This document shows positions 1 through 12,815 of a stretch of 64,000 nt of DNA, one piece after another. Below the pieces are notes generated by a model, which did no database searches, was not told where the DNA came from, and worked only from the letters and a program-made list of their open reading frames with translations. The DNA comes from Squalus acanthias. Lineage: Eukaryota. Each line of letters begins with the position of its first letter. Position 1 is the first letter of the stretch. The translations under genes were made by a program, and so were the position numbers. The stretch covers positions 168,456,001 to 168,520,000 of the forward strand of contig CM059425.1 in assembly GCA_030390025.1 (NCBI GenBank), given 5' to 3'.

Positions 1-214
1 ATAATTTTTTTTAAACTTTACTGAGCTATATTTATATTGAGTGCTTCTTTTAAAGAAAGGGGTTTGTGCCTGTGTGTCTGAAAAATTTCAGCCTTCTGAT
101 AGTGTATTGAAGTGAGGGAAGGAGAGTAACCCCAAAAGAGGTAAAGACAACAACAACTGAAGGAACTTGTATTTATTTCGCGTCTTTAACGTAGTAAAAC
201 GTCCCAAGGCACTT

Positions 215-980
215 CTTCTTAGGCAGTCCCTCGGAACCGAGGATGACTTGCTTCCACATTAAAAATGAGTTCTCAGGTGACTGATGAGTCCAATGCGGGA
301 CCTACAGTCTCTGTCACAGGTGGGGCAGACGGTGGTTGAAGGGGCGGGTGGGTGGGGTGCTTAGGTTGACGTGCGCTCCTTGCGCTGCCTGCGCTTGGCT
401 TCCGCTTGCTCCCGGCAAAGAGACTCGAGGTGTTCGGCGCCTTCCCGGATGCTTCTCCTGCACTTTGTGCGGTCTTGGGCCAGGGATTCCCAGGTGTCGG
501 TGGGGATGTTACACTTTTTCAAGGAGGCTTTGAGGGTGTCCTTGAATCGTTTCCTCTGCCCACCTGGGGCTCTCTTGCTATGCTGGAGCTCCGAGTAGAG
601 CGCTTGTTTTGGGAGTCTCGTATCGGGCATGCGGACAACGTGACCCGTCCATCGGAGCTGATCGAGCGTGGTCAAAGCTTCGATGCTGGGGATGTTGGCC
701 TGAGCGAGAACACTAATGTTGGTGCGCCTATCCTGCCAATGGATTTGCAGGATCTTGCGGAGGCAGCGTTGGTGGTATCTCTCCAGTGCTTTGAGGTGCC
801 TGCTGTACATGGTCCATGTCTCTGAAGCATACAGCAGGGCGAGTATCACTGCTGCTCTATAGACCATGAGCTTAGTGCCGGGTTTGAGGTCCTGGTCTTC
901 AGACACTCTCTTCCTCAGGCGACCGAAGGCTGCACTGGCACACTGAAGGCGGTGTTGGACTTCGTCATCGACGTCTGCAC
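215..980 (-). mobile_element. RTE-clade LINE, 5'-truncated 3' end, inserted in an L2 3' tail
   Basis: ORF 361-906 has RTE C-terminal motifs (LLYASETWT, QRCLRKILQI.WQDRRTN, QLRW.GHV.RM.D.RLPK, GGQ.KRFKD.LK). 3' end GAAGAAG. L2 tail sequence continues on both sides around cacttc. Confidence 0.85.
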
Positions 981-1959
981 TTCACTTCACAGGAGTGTTA
1001 GCAAACAAATTTTGACATCACGCCACATAAGGATATATTAGGACGGATGACCAAAAGCTTGGTCAAAGACGTAGGTTTTAAGTAGCGTCTTAAAGGAGAA
1101 GAGAGAGATCGAGAGGTGGAGAGGTTTAGGGAGGGAATTCCAGAGCTTAGGGCCTAGGCAGCTTAAGGCACGGCTGCCAATGCTGGAGTAATTAAAATCG
1201 GGGACTGTGCAAGAGACCAGAATTGGAGGAGCAGAAAGATCTCGGAGGGTTGTAGGGCTGGAGGAGGTTACAGAGATAGGAAGGGGCGAGGTCATGGAGG
1301 GATTTGAAACCAAGGATGAGAATTTTAAAATCAAGACATTGCCGGACCGGGAGCCAAAGTAGCCAGCGAGCACAAGGGTGACGGGTGAATGGGACTTGGT
1401 GCGAGTTAGGATACAGGAAGCAGAGTTCTGGATGAGCTTAAATTTATGGAGGGTGGAAGATGGGAGGCTGGCCAGGAGAGCATTGGAATACTCAAGTCTA
1501 GAGATAACAAATGCATGGATGAGGGAATCAGCAGCAGGTGATTTGAGGCAGGGGCTGAGATGGGCTATGTTACAGAGGTGGAAGTAGGCGGTCTTGGTGT
1601 TAGAGTGCATAATGTGGTCGGAAGCTCACCTCGGGGTCAATTACGACACCAAGGTTCCAAGCCATCTGGTTCAGCCTCAGACAGTGGCCAGGGAGAGTGA
1701 TGGAGTCGTTGGCTAGGGAGTTTGCAGCTGGGACCGAAGACAATGGTTTCGGTCTTCCCAATATTTTGTTGGAGAAATTTATGCTCCTCCAGTACTGGAT
1801 GTCGGACAAGTTGTGTGACAAATCAGAGACAGTGGAGAGGTCGAAAGAGGTAGAGCTGGGTGTCGTTAGCGTACGTATGGAACCTGATGTTGTGTTTTGA
1901 GATGATGTCGCCAAGGGGCACCATGTAGATGAGAAATAGGAGCTTTTTGGGGTTTTTTT

Positions 1960-4250
1960 AAGTTGTTTTTATGAGATGTGGGCGTCACTGGCAAGGCCAG
2001 CATTTATTGCCCATCCCTAATTGCCCTTGAGAAGGTGATGGTGAGCCGCTTTCTTGAACCGCTGCAGTCCGTGAGGTGAAGATACTCCCACAGTGCTGTT
2101 AGGTAGAGTTCCAGGATTTTGACCCAGCGACGATGAAGGATCGGCGATATACTTCTAAGTCAGGATGGTGTGTGACTTGGAAGTGGTGGTGTTCCCTTGC
2201 ATCTGCTGCCCTTGTCCTTCTAGATGGAAGAGGTCGCGGGTTTGGGAGGTGCTGCCGAAGAAGCCTTGGCGAGTTGCTGCAGTGCATCTTGTAGATGGTA
2301 CACACTGCAGCCACGGTACACCGGTGGTGGAGGGAGTGAATGTTTAAGGTGGTGGATGGGGTGCCAATCAAGTAGGCTGCTTTGTCCTGGATGGTGTCGA
2401 GCTTCTTGAGTGTTGTTGGAACTGCACTCATCCAGGCAAGTGGAGAGTATTCCATCACACTCCTTATTTGTGCCTTGTAGATGGTAGAAGGCTTTGGGGA
2501 GTCAGGAGGTGAGACACTCGCCACAGAATACCTAGCCTCTGACCTGCTCTTGTTGCCACAGTATTTATGTGGCTGGTCCAGTTAAGTTTCTGGTCAATGG
2601 TGACCCCCTCCCGGATGTTGATGGTGGGGGATTCGGCGATGGTAAGGCCATTGAATGTCAAGGGGCAGTTGGAGATAGTCATTGCCTGGCACTTCTGTGG
2701 CGCGAATGTTACCTGCCACTTATCAGCCCAAGCCTGAACGTTGTTCAGGTCTTGTTGCATGCGGGCATGGACTACTTCATTATCTGAGGAGTTGTGAATG
2801 GCACTGAACACTGTGAAGTCATCGGTGAACATCCCCATTTCTGACCTTATGTTGGAGGGAAGGTCATTGATGAAGCAGCTGAAGATGGTTGAGCCTAGGA
2901 CACTACCCTGAGGAACTCTTGCAGCGATGTCCTGGGGCTGTGATGATTGATCTTCAATCACCACAACCATCTTCCTTTGTGCTAAGTATGACTCCAGCCA
3001 GTGGAGAGTTTTCCCCCTGATTCCCATTGACTTCAGTTTTACTAGGGCTCCTTGATGCCACACTCGGTCAAATGCTGCCTTGATGTCAAGGGCAGTCACT
3101 CTCACTTCTCCTCTGGTATTCAGCTCCTTTGTCCATGTTTGGACCAAGGCTGTAATGAGGTCAGGAGCTGAGTGGTCTTTGTGGAACCCAAACTGGGCAT
3201 CAGTGAGCAGGTTATTGGTGAGTAAGTGCCGCTTGCTGGCACTGTCGATGACACCTTCCATCACTTTGCTGATGATTGAGAGTAGACTGATGGGGCGGTA
3301 ATTGGTTGGATTGGATTTGTCCTGCTTTTGTGAACAGGACATACCTGGGCAGTTTTCCACATTGTCGGAGAGATGCCAGTGTTGAAGTTGTACTGGAACA
3401 GCTTGGCTAGAGGCACGGCTGGTTCTGGAGCACCAGTCTTCAGCGCGATAGCCGGGATGTTGTCAGGGCCCATAGCCTTTGCTGTATCCAGTGCGCTCAG
3501 CCGTTTCTTGAATTGGCTGAAGACTGGCTTCTGTGATGGTGGGGACCTTAGGAGGAGGCCGATATTGATCATCCACTTGGCACTTCTGGCTGAAGATGGT
3601 TGCAAACGCTTCAGCCTTGTCTTTTGCACTCATGTGCTGGGCTCCACCATCATTGAGGATGGTGATATTCATGGAGCCTCTTCCTCCCGTTAGTTATTTA
3701 ATGGTCCACCACCATTCACAACTGGATGTGGCAGGACTGCAGAGCTTTGATCTGATCCATTGATTTTGGGATCGCTTAGCCCTGTCTATAGCATGCTGCT
3801 TCCACTTTTCAGCATGCATGTAGTCCTGTGTTGCAGCTTCCCCAGGTTGGCACTTCATTTTTAGGTACACCTGATGCTGCTCCTGGCATGCTCTTCTACA
3901 CTCCTTATTGAACCAAGGTTGGTCCTGGCTTGATGGTAATGGTAGAGTGAGGGATTGTGGTGGAATACAATTCTGCTGCTGATGGCCCACAGCACCTCAT
4001 GGATGCCCAGTTTTGAGCTGCTAGATCTGTTCTGAATCTATCCCATTGAGCACGATGGTAGTGCCACACAACATGATGGAGGGTGTCCTCAGTGTGAAGA
4101 TGGGACTTCGTCTCCACAATGACTGTACGATGGTCACTGCTACCAATACTGTCATGGACAGATGCATCTGCGACAGGTAGATTGGTGAGGACGAGGTCAA
4201 GTAGGTTTTTCCCTCGTGTTGGTTCTCTCACCACCAGTCGCAGGCCCAGT
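1960..4250 (-). mobile_element. Jockey-group (CR1/Crack-like) LINE, degenerate ORF2 plus 3' UTR, nested in L2
   Basis: REPTRGKNLLDLVLTN, KAMGPDNIPA, NYRPISLLS, ALDIKAAFDRVWH, VPQGSVLG, MEYSPLAWMSA. The same 3' UTR recurs at 30345-30437 and 36600-36750. Confidence 0.8.
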
Positions 4251-5799
4251 TGGCCAAGGATAGATCCTTGGGGGACACCAGAGGTAACAGTCCGGGAGCA
4301 GGAAGAGAAGCCATTGCCGGTGATTCTCTGGCTACAACTGGAGAGATAAGAATGGAACCAGATGAGGGAAATTCCATCCAGCTGGACGACGGAGGAGAGG
4401 TGTTGGAGGAGGATGGAGTGGTCAGCCGTGTCAAAGGCTGCAGACAGGTCGAGAAGGATGAGGAGGCTTAGTTTACTACGGTCACAGTCACATAGGATGT
4501 AATTTGTGACTTTGATAAGGGCTATTTCAGTACTGTAGCAGGGGCGGAAACCTGATTGATGAGATTCAAACATGGAGTGCGGGAAAGATAGGCATGAATT
4601 TGGGAGGTGATAACATGTTCAAGGACTTCGGCGAGGAAACAGAGGTTGGAAATGGGTCGGTAGTTTGCAAGGACAGAGGGGTTAAGGGTGTGTGTTTTTA
4701 AGGAGGGGGTGATGATGGCAGATTTGAAGGGGAGGGGGACAGTACCTGAGGAGAGGGAATAATTAACAATATTAGCTAACATGAGGACCAGGAAGGGAAG
4801 TTGGGCGGTCAGCAGTTTGGTGGGAATAGGGTCGAGTGAGCAGGAGGTGGGTCTCATCGAAAAGATGAGCTCAAAGAGGACATATGGGGAGATAGGAGAG
4901 AAACTGGAGAAAGATGCGAGTTCAGGGCTAGGAGAGGGAGGAACCTTAGGGGCAGTTTGGCCCAGTGGGCTAAGGGAAGTGAGGGAAGTGGCAGAGGCAG
5001 CTGATCGGATGGTCTCAATTTTCGTGACAAAGACGTCCACGAGCTCCTCGTACTTGTTGTTGGAGTGGAGGAGGCAGGATAGAGGTGTTTGTAGTGGAGA
5101 AGTGAAGGTGGGGGTTATCGTTACATTCCAGGATGATCATGGCAATGAATGGCTAAACCTGTTGTCAACCATAAATGTTCATGTCTGCGTCCCTTGGATC
5201 TAAGGGAGTGGAGATGAGGGCCATACCAGGAGGAACGACCAGGGTGAGGGAGAGTAATGGTTTTAAAGCGCTTTGGGATGTCCGGTGGTCATGAAAGGCG
5301 GTATATAAATGCAAATCTTTCATTCTTTAAAGGTGGAGGTGAGGGTGTGATTGAGCAGATGGTTGCTGCAGAAATGCCGTGGTAAATGAAGGGCCAAAGG
5401 CTAGACAGTTGGGAATTTGAAAGTGCCGTTGTAAGTGACTTTTTCCAGAAGGAACTGGGGTTGGGTAGGGGAAGGGGGATGTAGAAAGAGATGACCTTAT
5501 CTGTGATGACACGATGGGAGTAGAGAGGCCACATGAGATGGCATGGTCAAGGGGGTGGCCGTGAATACGGGTAGGGGAGTTTCTGTTTTATTTTTGAGCC
5601 ACATAAACATTATTTCTTTCCACCACTTTCCCATTTTTGGTTGCTGCCTGGCAAGTGGCCTTTCCACTTATGATGAATGGTAAGACATGAATTGACACTG
5701 AGCAATGGGGGGCTGTGAAAGGGATGCTTGGTTGTTTGCAGAACTGCTTTGTGTTAGTGTCATTGCGGGACGTGGGGGATGGGGAGTGGTTGTCAGATG

Positions 5800-7472
5800 G
5801 GTGGACTGGTGGAACCTAAGTGGATCTCGCAGTAATGAGGGCATCCTGGGCAGCAATGAGCGCCACTGTTTGTGCCTTGACCGTATCACGTTCCGCCTCC
5901 TCCTCCTCCTCGGAATAGTCTGAAGAGGTTCTGGGCTCTGCGCCTTGTTCCTCCTGCAGGTTCAAATATCATTTCTGGGAAATGTTGTGCAGAGCGCAGC
6001 ACACTATGACCATTCTGGAGACCCTGGCTGGTGCGTACTGAAGAGTGCTTCCAGATCTGACCAGGCACCTGAAATGCATCTTTAGCATTCCGATGATTTG
6101 CTCAATTACACATCTGGTGGTCATATGACTATCATTGTATCATTCCTGGGCCTCATTGGTTGGATTTCTCACGGGTGTCATCAGCCACATTTTAAGTGGG
6201 TATCCCTTGTCTTCGAGCAGCCAGCCGGTAAGTCTGCTTCGATGTCTGAAGAGATCAGGGAGGGTGGACTGCCGCAGGACAAAAGCATCATGGCAGCTGC
6301 CCGGGAATCTTGCACACACCTGCATAAAGATCTTTTTGTGGTTGCACACCAGCTGCACATTGATGGAGTGGAAGCCCTTGTGGTTGATGAATACTCCTGG
6401 ATAATCTGGAGGTGCCTTATTTGCCGCATGCGTGCAATCAATGACGCCCTGCACCTATGGGAAGCCAGCCAGAGCCGAAAACCTGAGTGCCTGCTGACAT
6501 CATCGCAGGAAAAGTGTACATAATTGCTGGCTCTGGCAAACAAGCCATCAGTCACTTGTCTTATGCATTAGTGGGCCGCCAACTGAGAGATCCTGCAAAT
6601 GTCTCCGGCGGAGCCCTGGAAGCATCCAGAGGCAGAGAAGTTGAGGGTGGTGGTGACTTTGACAGTCACTGGTAAAGTGTGGCCACCAGGTCCGCTTGGC
6701 AGCAGGTCTTGTTCCAGTTGGCTGCAAATGTCTGCCACCACCCGATATGACACCCCGAGCTCCTGAGACACTAGTGTTTCGACATGTCAAGGAAGCTTAT
6801 CCTCTGCCTGTAGACCCTTTATGCCGGGTATGGCCTCCTGCGAGCTGCACCTCTCTGCTGATCTCTCTCTCCTGTGGAGCTGCAGGTCTGTGAGCAGCAA
6901 GCTGTTGCTGCTCCTGCTCCTGCTGGTCATCTTGGTCCTCATCTGAGGTCCAAAGTAACACAGCGTAAGTGGCACCCATGCTGATCTGATAGATCAGAGC
7001 TCCAAAGTGCAGATCAGACATACAAACCTCCAAAGTGTAGATGACACCTCCAAAGTTGTAAAAGTAACCTCTCAGTACAAGTACTGTGAACAAAGCCTTT
7101 CACACAAGCAGGCACGAAAGCAGCTGAGGTGTCACTAAATATTGGCATATTTCCCTGTTATGTCTTCAGCGCCCTCAATTGCCGCTGTGTTCTCACCTTG
7201 CTTTCATTGGCGAGTTCCAGGAAGCCGGGATACCCATGGACCCATAGTTAAATTGCAAAAGCCATGTTACTATCGCTGTACTTGAGCGATTAACATATTG
7301 ACAACTCACCTCTCCCAAGGGGGTTGCGCACATTGCTGCCTAACGCGCTGGATTAAATGCAGAAGTTGGCAGATTGGAGTCGGTTTCCTGACACTCTCGC
7401 ATTTTTCCAGGATTTAAACTCCCACCCACCCACCTCGAACCCCACACACTCACCCACGTTAAAATTCCCCCC
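5800..7472 (-). mobile_element. PIF/Harbinger element remnant with frameshifted HARBI1-type transposase
   Basis: [34 protein letters not shown] fragments; ATG at 6979; terminus ttaaaattccccc ending 7472. Confidence 0.85.
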
Positions 7473-7770
7473 AGAGATTCCAATTGCAAACACCTAAGTG
7501 CCAGAGGGAAAGAACTATTACAGCAACAAAATCTAAATGGCATTTTGCCACCTTTTTTAAAACAATTTCTTAATCTCCTTAGCACAGTTTTAAAATGTGT
7601 CCTTTAGGTCTGCAGAATAAGTGGTAATACTCAGAATATATATCAAATGTGAATCCTATTTTACACCTGAATTTATTTGTCCCATTGGTTCATGGTGAAT
7701 TCATACAAAATAAAAGTAGCTTCAGATTCAGGTCACTTTAATGCATTTGCTTTGGTTGAGTAAGTGGAAG

Positions 7771-8065
7771 TTTTAAGCAAGTGCAGAGGCAGGGCAAGGG
7801 GGTAGGGGAGGAAAGAACAAAAGGGAAGTTCTGTGATAGGTTGGAAGGCACAACTTATCACAGACCTTCCCTTTTGTTCTTTTCTCCCCTCCGCACTTGC
7901 TTAAAATCTGTTAAATCTCTAACTTTGTCCAGTTCTGACGAAAGGTCATCGACTGGAAATGTTAACTCTGTTTCTCGCCCAACAAATTCTGACTGACATG
8001 CTGGGTGTTTCCAGCATTTTCTGTTTTTATTTCAGATTTCCAGCATCCACAATATTTTGCTTTTA
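7771..8065 (+). mobile_element. Penelope-like pseudo-LTR remnant with inverted 5' duplication and degenerate hammerhead motif
   Basis: 7771-7839 is roughly the reverse complement of 7856-7906; agtt-CTGACGA-aaggtcatcgactg-GAAA-tgtt-aact at 7931-7967; tail matches 46640-46733 and 63741-63872. Confidence 0.75.
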
Positions 8066-8288
8066 TACAATCCAAACTGCCTCCCCCATTAGCATGAAGG
8101 GATTTGCTGAAGGATAGTCAACATGTGCTATTCTCACACATCTACTTGCTGCTGGCTCAAGTGTATTTAAGGATGAGAAAGTTTGTCTGCTTGTCTCCCT
8201 CTCAATGATAGACTGAATAATGATTTAGCGAGAATCTAACAGGAAGGTAAAAAGTAACATAAAATATGAAAGAAATTGTAAAAATTAC

Positions 8289-8517
8289 CTTGAATGATAC
8301 CTAGTAGACTGTAAAAGACTAAATATCCTTTTGGGTTGTTGCAGCGCTGAATGCAGTTTGGTGTAAATATTCCCAAGCCACACGGTCCTTCCTCAAATTC
8401 TTGCTCAGACGTTTTCACTTCTCTGATCTCAAGGTTTTCCTTTACAGATTTTGAGTTTAGTCCTACATTTAGCTTGTCATCAGCGATGAATGCTGGGTTA
8501 TCCAATCCTTTGTCCAT
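8289..8517 (-). CDS. SLCO4C1: First coding exon of an SLCO4C1-like organic anion transporting polypeptide
   Basis: Translation MDKGLDNPAFI...EFEEGPCGLGIFTPNCIQRCNNPKGYLVFYSLLGIIQ(G) resembles the OATP4C1 N-terminus as I recall it (KGIENLAF...EFEEG.YG...F.PQCLQRCNTP.GFL..Y.LL...QG). It ends at a phase-1 donor CAAG|GTAATT (intron starts 8288). Possible acceptor ctgacAG at 8547-8546. No downstream exon recognised in 1-8288. Confidence 0.85.
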
Positions 8518-9479
8518 TTTCTTAATAGGTTTTGTTAAAGCAATACTGTCAGGCAGTTAAAAATTCACATCAGTCAGAGCACAGTGAACAAATTATATAA
8601 CCTAAAGTCCTCCTATATAAAATAGTTCTGTCATATCATTTGATTCCTGTTACAGGACGTTGCTTGATTTCAAAACAGTAAATTCCAGGTCTGCCAGCTG
8701 AATGCAGAATAAAAAATATTTTCTCTATCTGGCATAGAAGTTGGCTGGTTTGCAATCCATCTAGTTGTAAATTCAGTTCATCTCTGCCCAGAAGTGATAC
8801 GCAGTATTGTATTTCTATTAACTAGAGGCGGAACAAAAGTTTCAGTTAACCCAATCAGCATGCTGATATTTGCATTTATCTGAATACACGTGCCAGCTAA
8901 TATTTGTTTTGCAAAATGTTCTGTCTATGTGAGATATATTTCCAACCGATCGTTCACTGTACATCCATTTTCATATAAATGAGATCTGATATTCAGACCT
9001 AAAGTCAAATTGTGAGTTCAAGTTCATGTGTTTTTGCACTTTAAACCTCTACAAAAGCAGGAAGTCCATTGTGCAAAGCTTACTTGAAGTCCTGCCACTT
9101 GCTTTTAACCCATTCAGCACTGAAAGAGCTTTATACCATTCAAAAATTCACTGGTATCATCGAGAAATTAAGTGGTAGAAAATCGAAAATATGGATTGGT
9201 GCTACAGTGTGGGAAGAAAACAGCAGGTGCAGGAAAGTGAGCAGGATAAAATAATAGGAAAATTACAAAAGAAAAAATATATACTTAAGTACATATTATC
9301 TGTTTTAAAGGATTAATCGTCCCCTAACCCGCATGACATATATATTAGAAAAATCATACTTCACTGAGTTACTATGTATATGAAAGAAAGGGCCAATCAT
9401 AAATAATCTCAGAATTTAGTGAGAGGCACGGGGAGAGAGAGAAGGAACTAATAACTGAAATAATGAAACAAAACCAAGG

Positions 9480-9800
9480 TGTCGAGTTAGGCTTTCGGCT
9501 ATTGAAGAAACCGAGTCAGCTCGGCTGAGGGCCAAGGGCGGCAGCAGCGGGCCTGGCTGGAGAGAGGGTGAGGGGGCACAGGTCGGGGGGCAAAGGGCGA
9601 GGGGCCTGGAGGAAGCTGACAGGAGATAAGCGGAGTGAGGCGGCGACCAGGCCACAGCGCCGCTTACCCGGGGTGAGGGAGGGAGAAACTCGCAGCAGCC
9701 CGCGGGGAGGAAGTGGCGGCAGCACTCACACCGAGCGAGCACCCTCAACCAGTCCTGCTTCACGCCCCTTAAACACGAGCTCCGTTGCTATTTTTAAAGA
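9480..9800 (-). promoter_or_regulatory. CpG/GC-rich probable promoter and non-coding first exon of the SLCO4C1-like gene
   Basis: Non-repeat GC/CpG-rich island ~1 kb upstream of the coding exon; minus-strand donor CGG|GTAAGC at 9667-9662; TTTAAAAATA near 9798-9789. Confidence 0.55.
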
Positions 9801-11129
9801 GTCGGGCAATCATTTCTGCTGCTTCTTCTGATCGTGAATCTCAATTTTTAATATTACCTTCTGCCAGCAGAGGAAAGTCAGACAGCAGCCACATAAAGAG
9901 CACAATTCAGAAAAAGAGGTAAGAAATGAAGGTAAAAGCCAAGTTTGTGGCGTGGTTAGCTGTTTACCAAGCATCAACACTGACTTAGCAAATTCCAAAT
10001 TGGCTTAAATTGTACGTTTGTAAATTCAACTTTTTTTTACAGTAAAAGTGAAATAGTTGTAAATTACAGAAAATCCAGTTTCAAAAGTAATTTCTTATTA
10101 TTATTTCAGGATCATCCTGAAGGAAAGGATGTCTCTAAACTTCTTTTCCACATCACAAACTGCCTGCTCCAATCTTCCACGCTCTCTGTCCTCACCCTTA
10201 AATTTAGCTGTAAGAAACTTGTGGACTTCTTGGTAACCAAAACTGATGCCTTTGCTCAATCACCTCTGCTTCCTCCCCGTGTCCCAGCCCACATTCTCCA
10301 TTCCTGTGCATCCAGATTAGTGCTTGTCTCCATTCCACCATCAGAGGCTAATCTTTCAGCCATTATATCCCCCATCCTCTGGAACTCTCTTCCAAAACTT
10401 ATTTGCCTCTTTTCCTGGCCTTAAAAGCCTCCTGGAAATTTCCCTGGCCTTAAAAACCTCCAGAAAACCTATTCTTTCCAATCTCTTCCACTCCCAAATT
10501 CCTTTACTTTTTCTTCAATGACAACCTCCGCCCTAGTTAAGAATTCTGAGGTACTCTTTTACATAAGGAATGTTATTTAAGTGTAACTTTTTTAATTTAT
10601 GTTTTATTCTTTGCTCACATTATTACAGGCGTTCTTTGCCAAATAATATGCATACACTGAGATAAAGGACAGTGGCTATCTAGGAGTGATTTATAAGGAA
10701 GTAATCTAACTGAGGAATTCAACTGACGTCAAAAACCATGAGAGCAAAGCTCAAGAAGTTTATTACCAATGTCATATTACAGGTTTGAATTAACTCACTG
10801 GCATATTCTATTCATGCTAAGCCTGCAAGCAGCGTTGTAGGAGGTTCATTAGTTTATAAATATAAAGACCTACTTTCCCCCCTGGGCATACTGTAATAGA
10901 CTGTATTTTTGTTTCAGAAGCCTGTTATATCTGGCATCACTACAGGAAGATGCATGGTGCCATATATCGATGAGTAGACGATAAGAGATGTTGCTGCTGG
11001 AAATTCAGGATGAAGAGGAAAAGTCTTACCTCCTTGCCAGGGCCGGAAGGTGCCCAAGGCTGTAGTTGGAAGAGAAGGTAGCTGATAGAATTAGTGCCAG
11101 CAGCACTATGGTGACAACGTAGCTACACT

Positions 11130-11510
11130 ACCAAACAAAAGACAAAAATTGTCACAGAGGCAAAGAAGGTGATATTGGAGGGGCGGGGTGGAGGTGACGA
11201 AAAGGTTGGTCAAAGAAGTAGGTTTTAACTCTGGCCTCTTACGCATCCACCATTCCCTTCGGCCCATCATTGGTGGCCATGCCTTCAGCCACCTAGACCT
11301 CACGCTCTAGAATTGCCTCACAAAACCCCTCTGTCTCCTCCTTCTCCTTTAAAACCCTCCTTAAAACCCATGTCTCTGACCAACCTTTCAGTCACCTCTC
11401 CTAATATCTCCTCTTTGGCTCGATGTCTTTTTTTTAAATGATGCCTCTGTGAAGCGTCTTGGGACATTTTTCGACATTAAAGGTGCTATATAAATACAAA
11501 TTGTTGTTGT
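11130..11510. mobile_element. L2 3' tail fragments in opposite orientations
   Basis: Minus-strand piece ~11140-11228 abuts a plus-strand tail ending aaaggtgctatataaatacaaattgttgttg. Confidence 0.6.
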
Positions 11511-11984
11511 ATGTAGAATAGTTTTTAAAGGAGCATTCTCGCAGCCAGTACTACCACAACATTTTATTATTCTCCCATTTTTTGATATGTTTTATGATTT
11601 TTTAGGTTTTTTTTCCTGTTCACTTCTCATCATTTAGTAGCAACCTGCTCCAAGGTCACTGCCAATGTTGCTCTGTAAATTGGTACCAGAAATGTGGAAC
11701 AGTAGCCCAGGGTAACTTGCGCTTTGATTTTCCTTCCCTGCCTATGTTGCAACTTCTAGGTATAAACATGTGTCTTGCTGTCAACATGCTATTCACCAAC
11801 CCTCTTAGCCAAACAAATATTTATATTCAGCTGAGTAATTACTAGTTCATCTATGTTATTTCTTATAATAAGGTGATAATATTTTCAAATATTGGAGGAA
11901 CTGTCACCTTGGGATGGAAAGAACCAGTATCATTTTGGTCACTGCATGCTTAGGTAAAGACTGACCAAACTCGATTAACATAGA

Positions 11985-12635
11985 TTCACTGAGGAAGAAT
12001 GCAACATAATTCAAAAAGACATTAGAAACTTGCAGACTGGACAGTTAAGTGGCAAATGAACTTTAGATAGATGTGAGGTGATCCATTTTGGTAGAAAAAA
12101 TAGAAACATCACCTACATGTTAGAAAATAAGAAACTGAATGGGGTAGAAGAGCAAAAGGATCTAGGGATACAGGTGAACAAATTATTAAAAGCAGAATCA
12201 CAGGTTAGCAAAGAAATAAAAAATGCTAACAAAGCACTGGGATTTATTTCTAGGGGCAGAGAATTCAAAAGTAGTGAAGTTATGTTAAACTTTTTTAGGA
12301 CCCTGGTCAGGCTGCACTTAGAGTAGTAAGCTCAGTTCTGGTCTCCATGCTATAAAAAGGACATAGAAACAGTGGTGAAAATACGAATAAGATCTACAGG
12401 ATGGTACTAGAACTGAGACATTACAGCTATCGGGAAAGATTGGACAGATTGGGGCTTTTTTCTTTAGTAAAGAGAACACTTAGAGGTGACCTGATAGATG
12501 TCTTTAAAATTATGAATGAGTTGGACAGGGTAGATGTGGAGAGAATGTTTCTACTTGTGGGAGAATTCAAAACTAGGGGCCATAAATACAAGATAGTTAC
12601 TAATAAATCCAATAGGGAAATAAGATAGTTTTTTT
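11985..12635 (+). mobile_element. CR1 LINE 3' fragment (degenerate)
   Basis: IHFGRKN, KDLGI, LVRLHLE, ERLDRLGLFSL, RGDLIDVFKIM, TRGHKYKI. Confidence 0.85.
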
Positions 12636-12639
12636 ACAA

Positions 12640-12815
12640 CGATTCGGTAGTTTCATGGTCACCATTACTGATACTAGCTTTTTATTCCAGATTTATTTAA
12701 TTGAATTTAAATTCCCCAGCTGTCGTGGTGGGATTTGAACTCATGTCTCCGGATCATTAGTCTAGGCTTCTGGGATTATTAGTCCAGTAACATAACCACT
12801 ATGCTACCATACCCC
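12640..12815 (-). mobile_element. tRNA-derived SINE head
   Basis: Minus strand has A-box-like tggtagcatagtgg and B-box-like gagttcaaatccc. Confidence 0.6.

Larger units (their letters stand above)
148..5560 (-). mobile_element. Degenerate L2-type LINE interrupted by RTE (215-980) and another LINE (~1960-4250)
   Basis: RT fragments SCSLDPIPT, ANYRPISNL, QSGFRP..STE.AL, LLDLSAAFDT, VTSGVPQGS; C-terminal LIHAFVISRLEYSNALL...LWNSLP...FKTLLKT; caacaac-type tail near 148. Confidence 0.8.
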
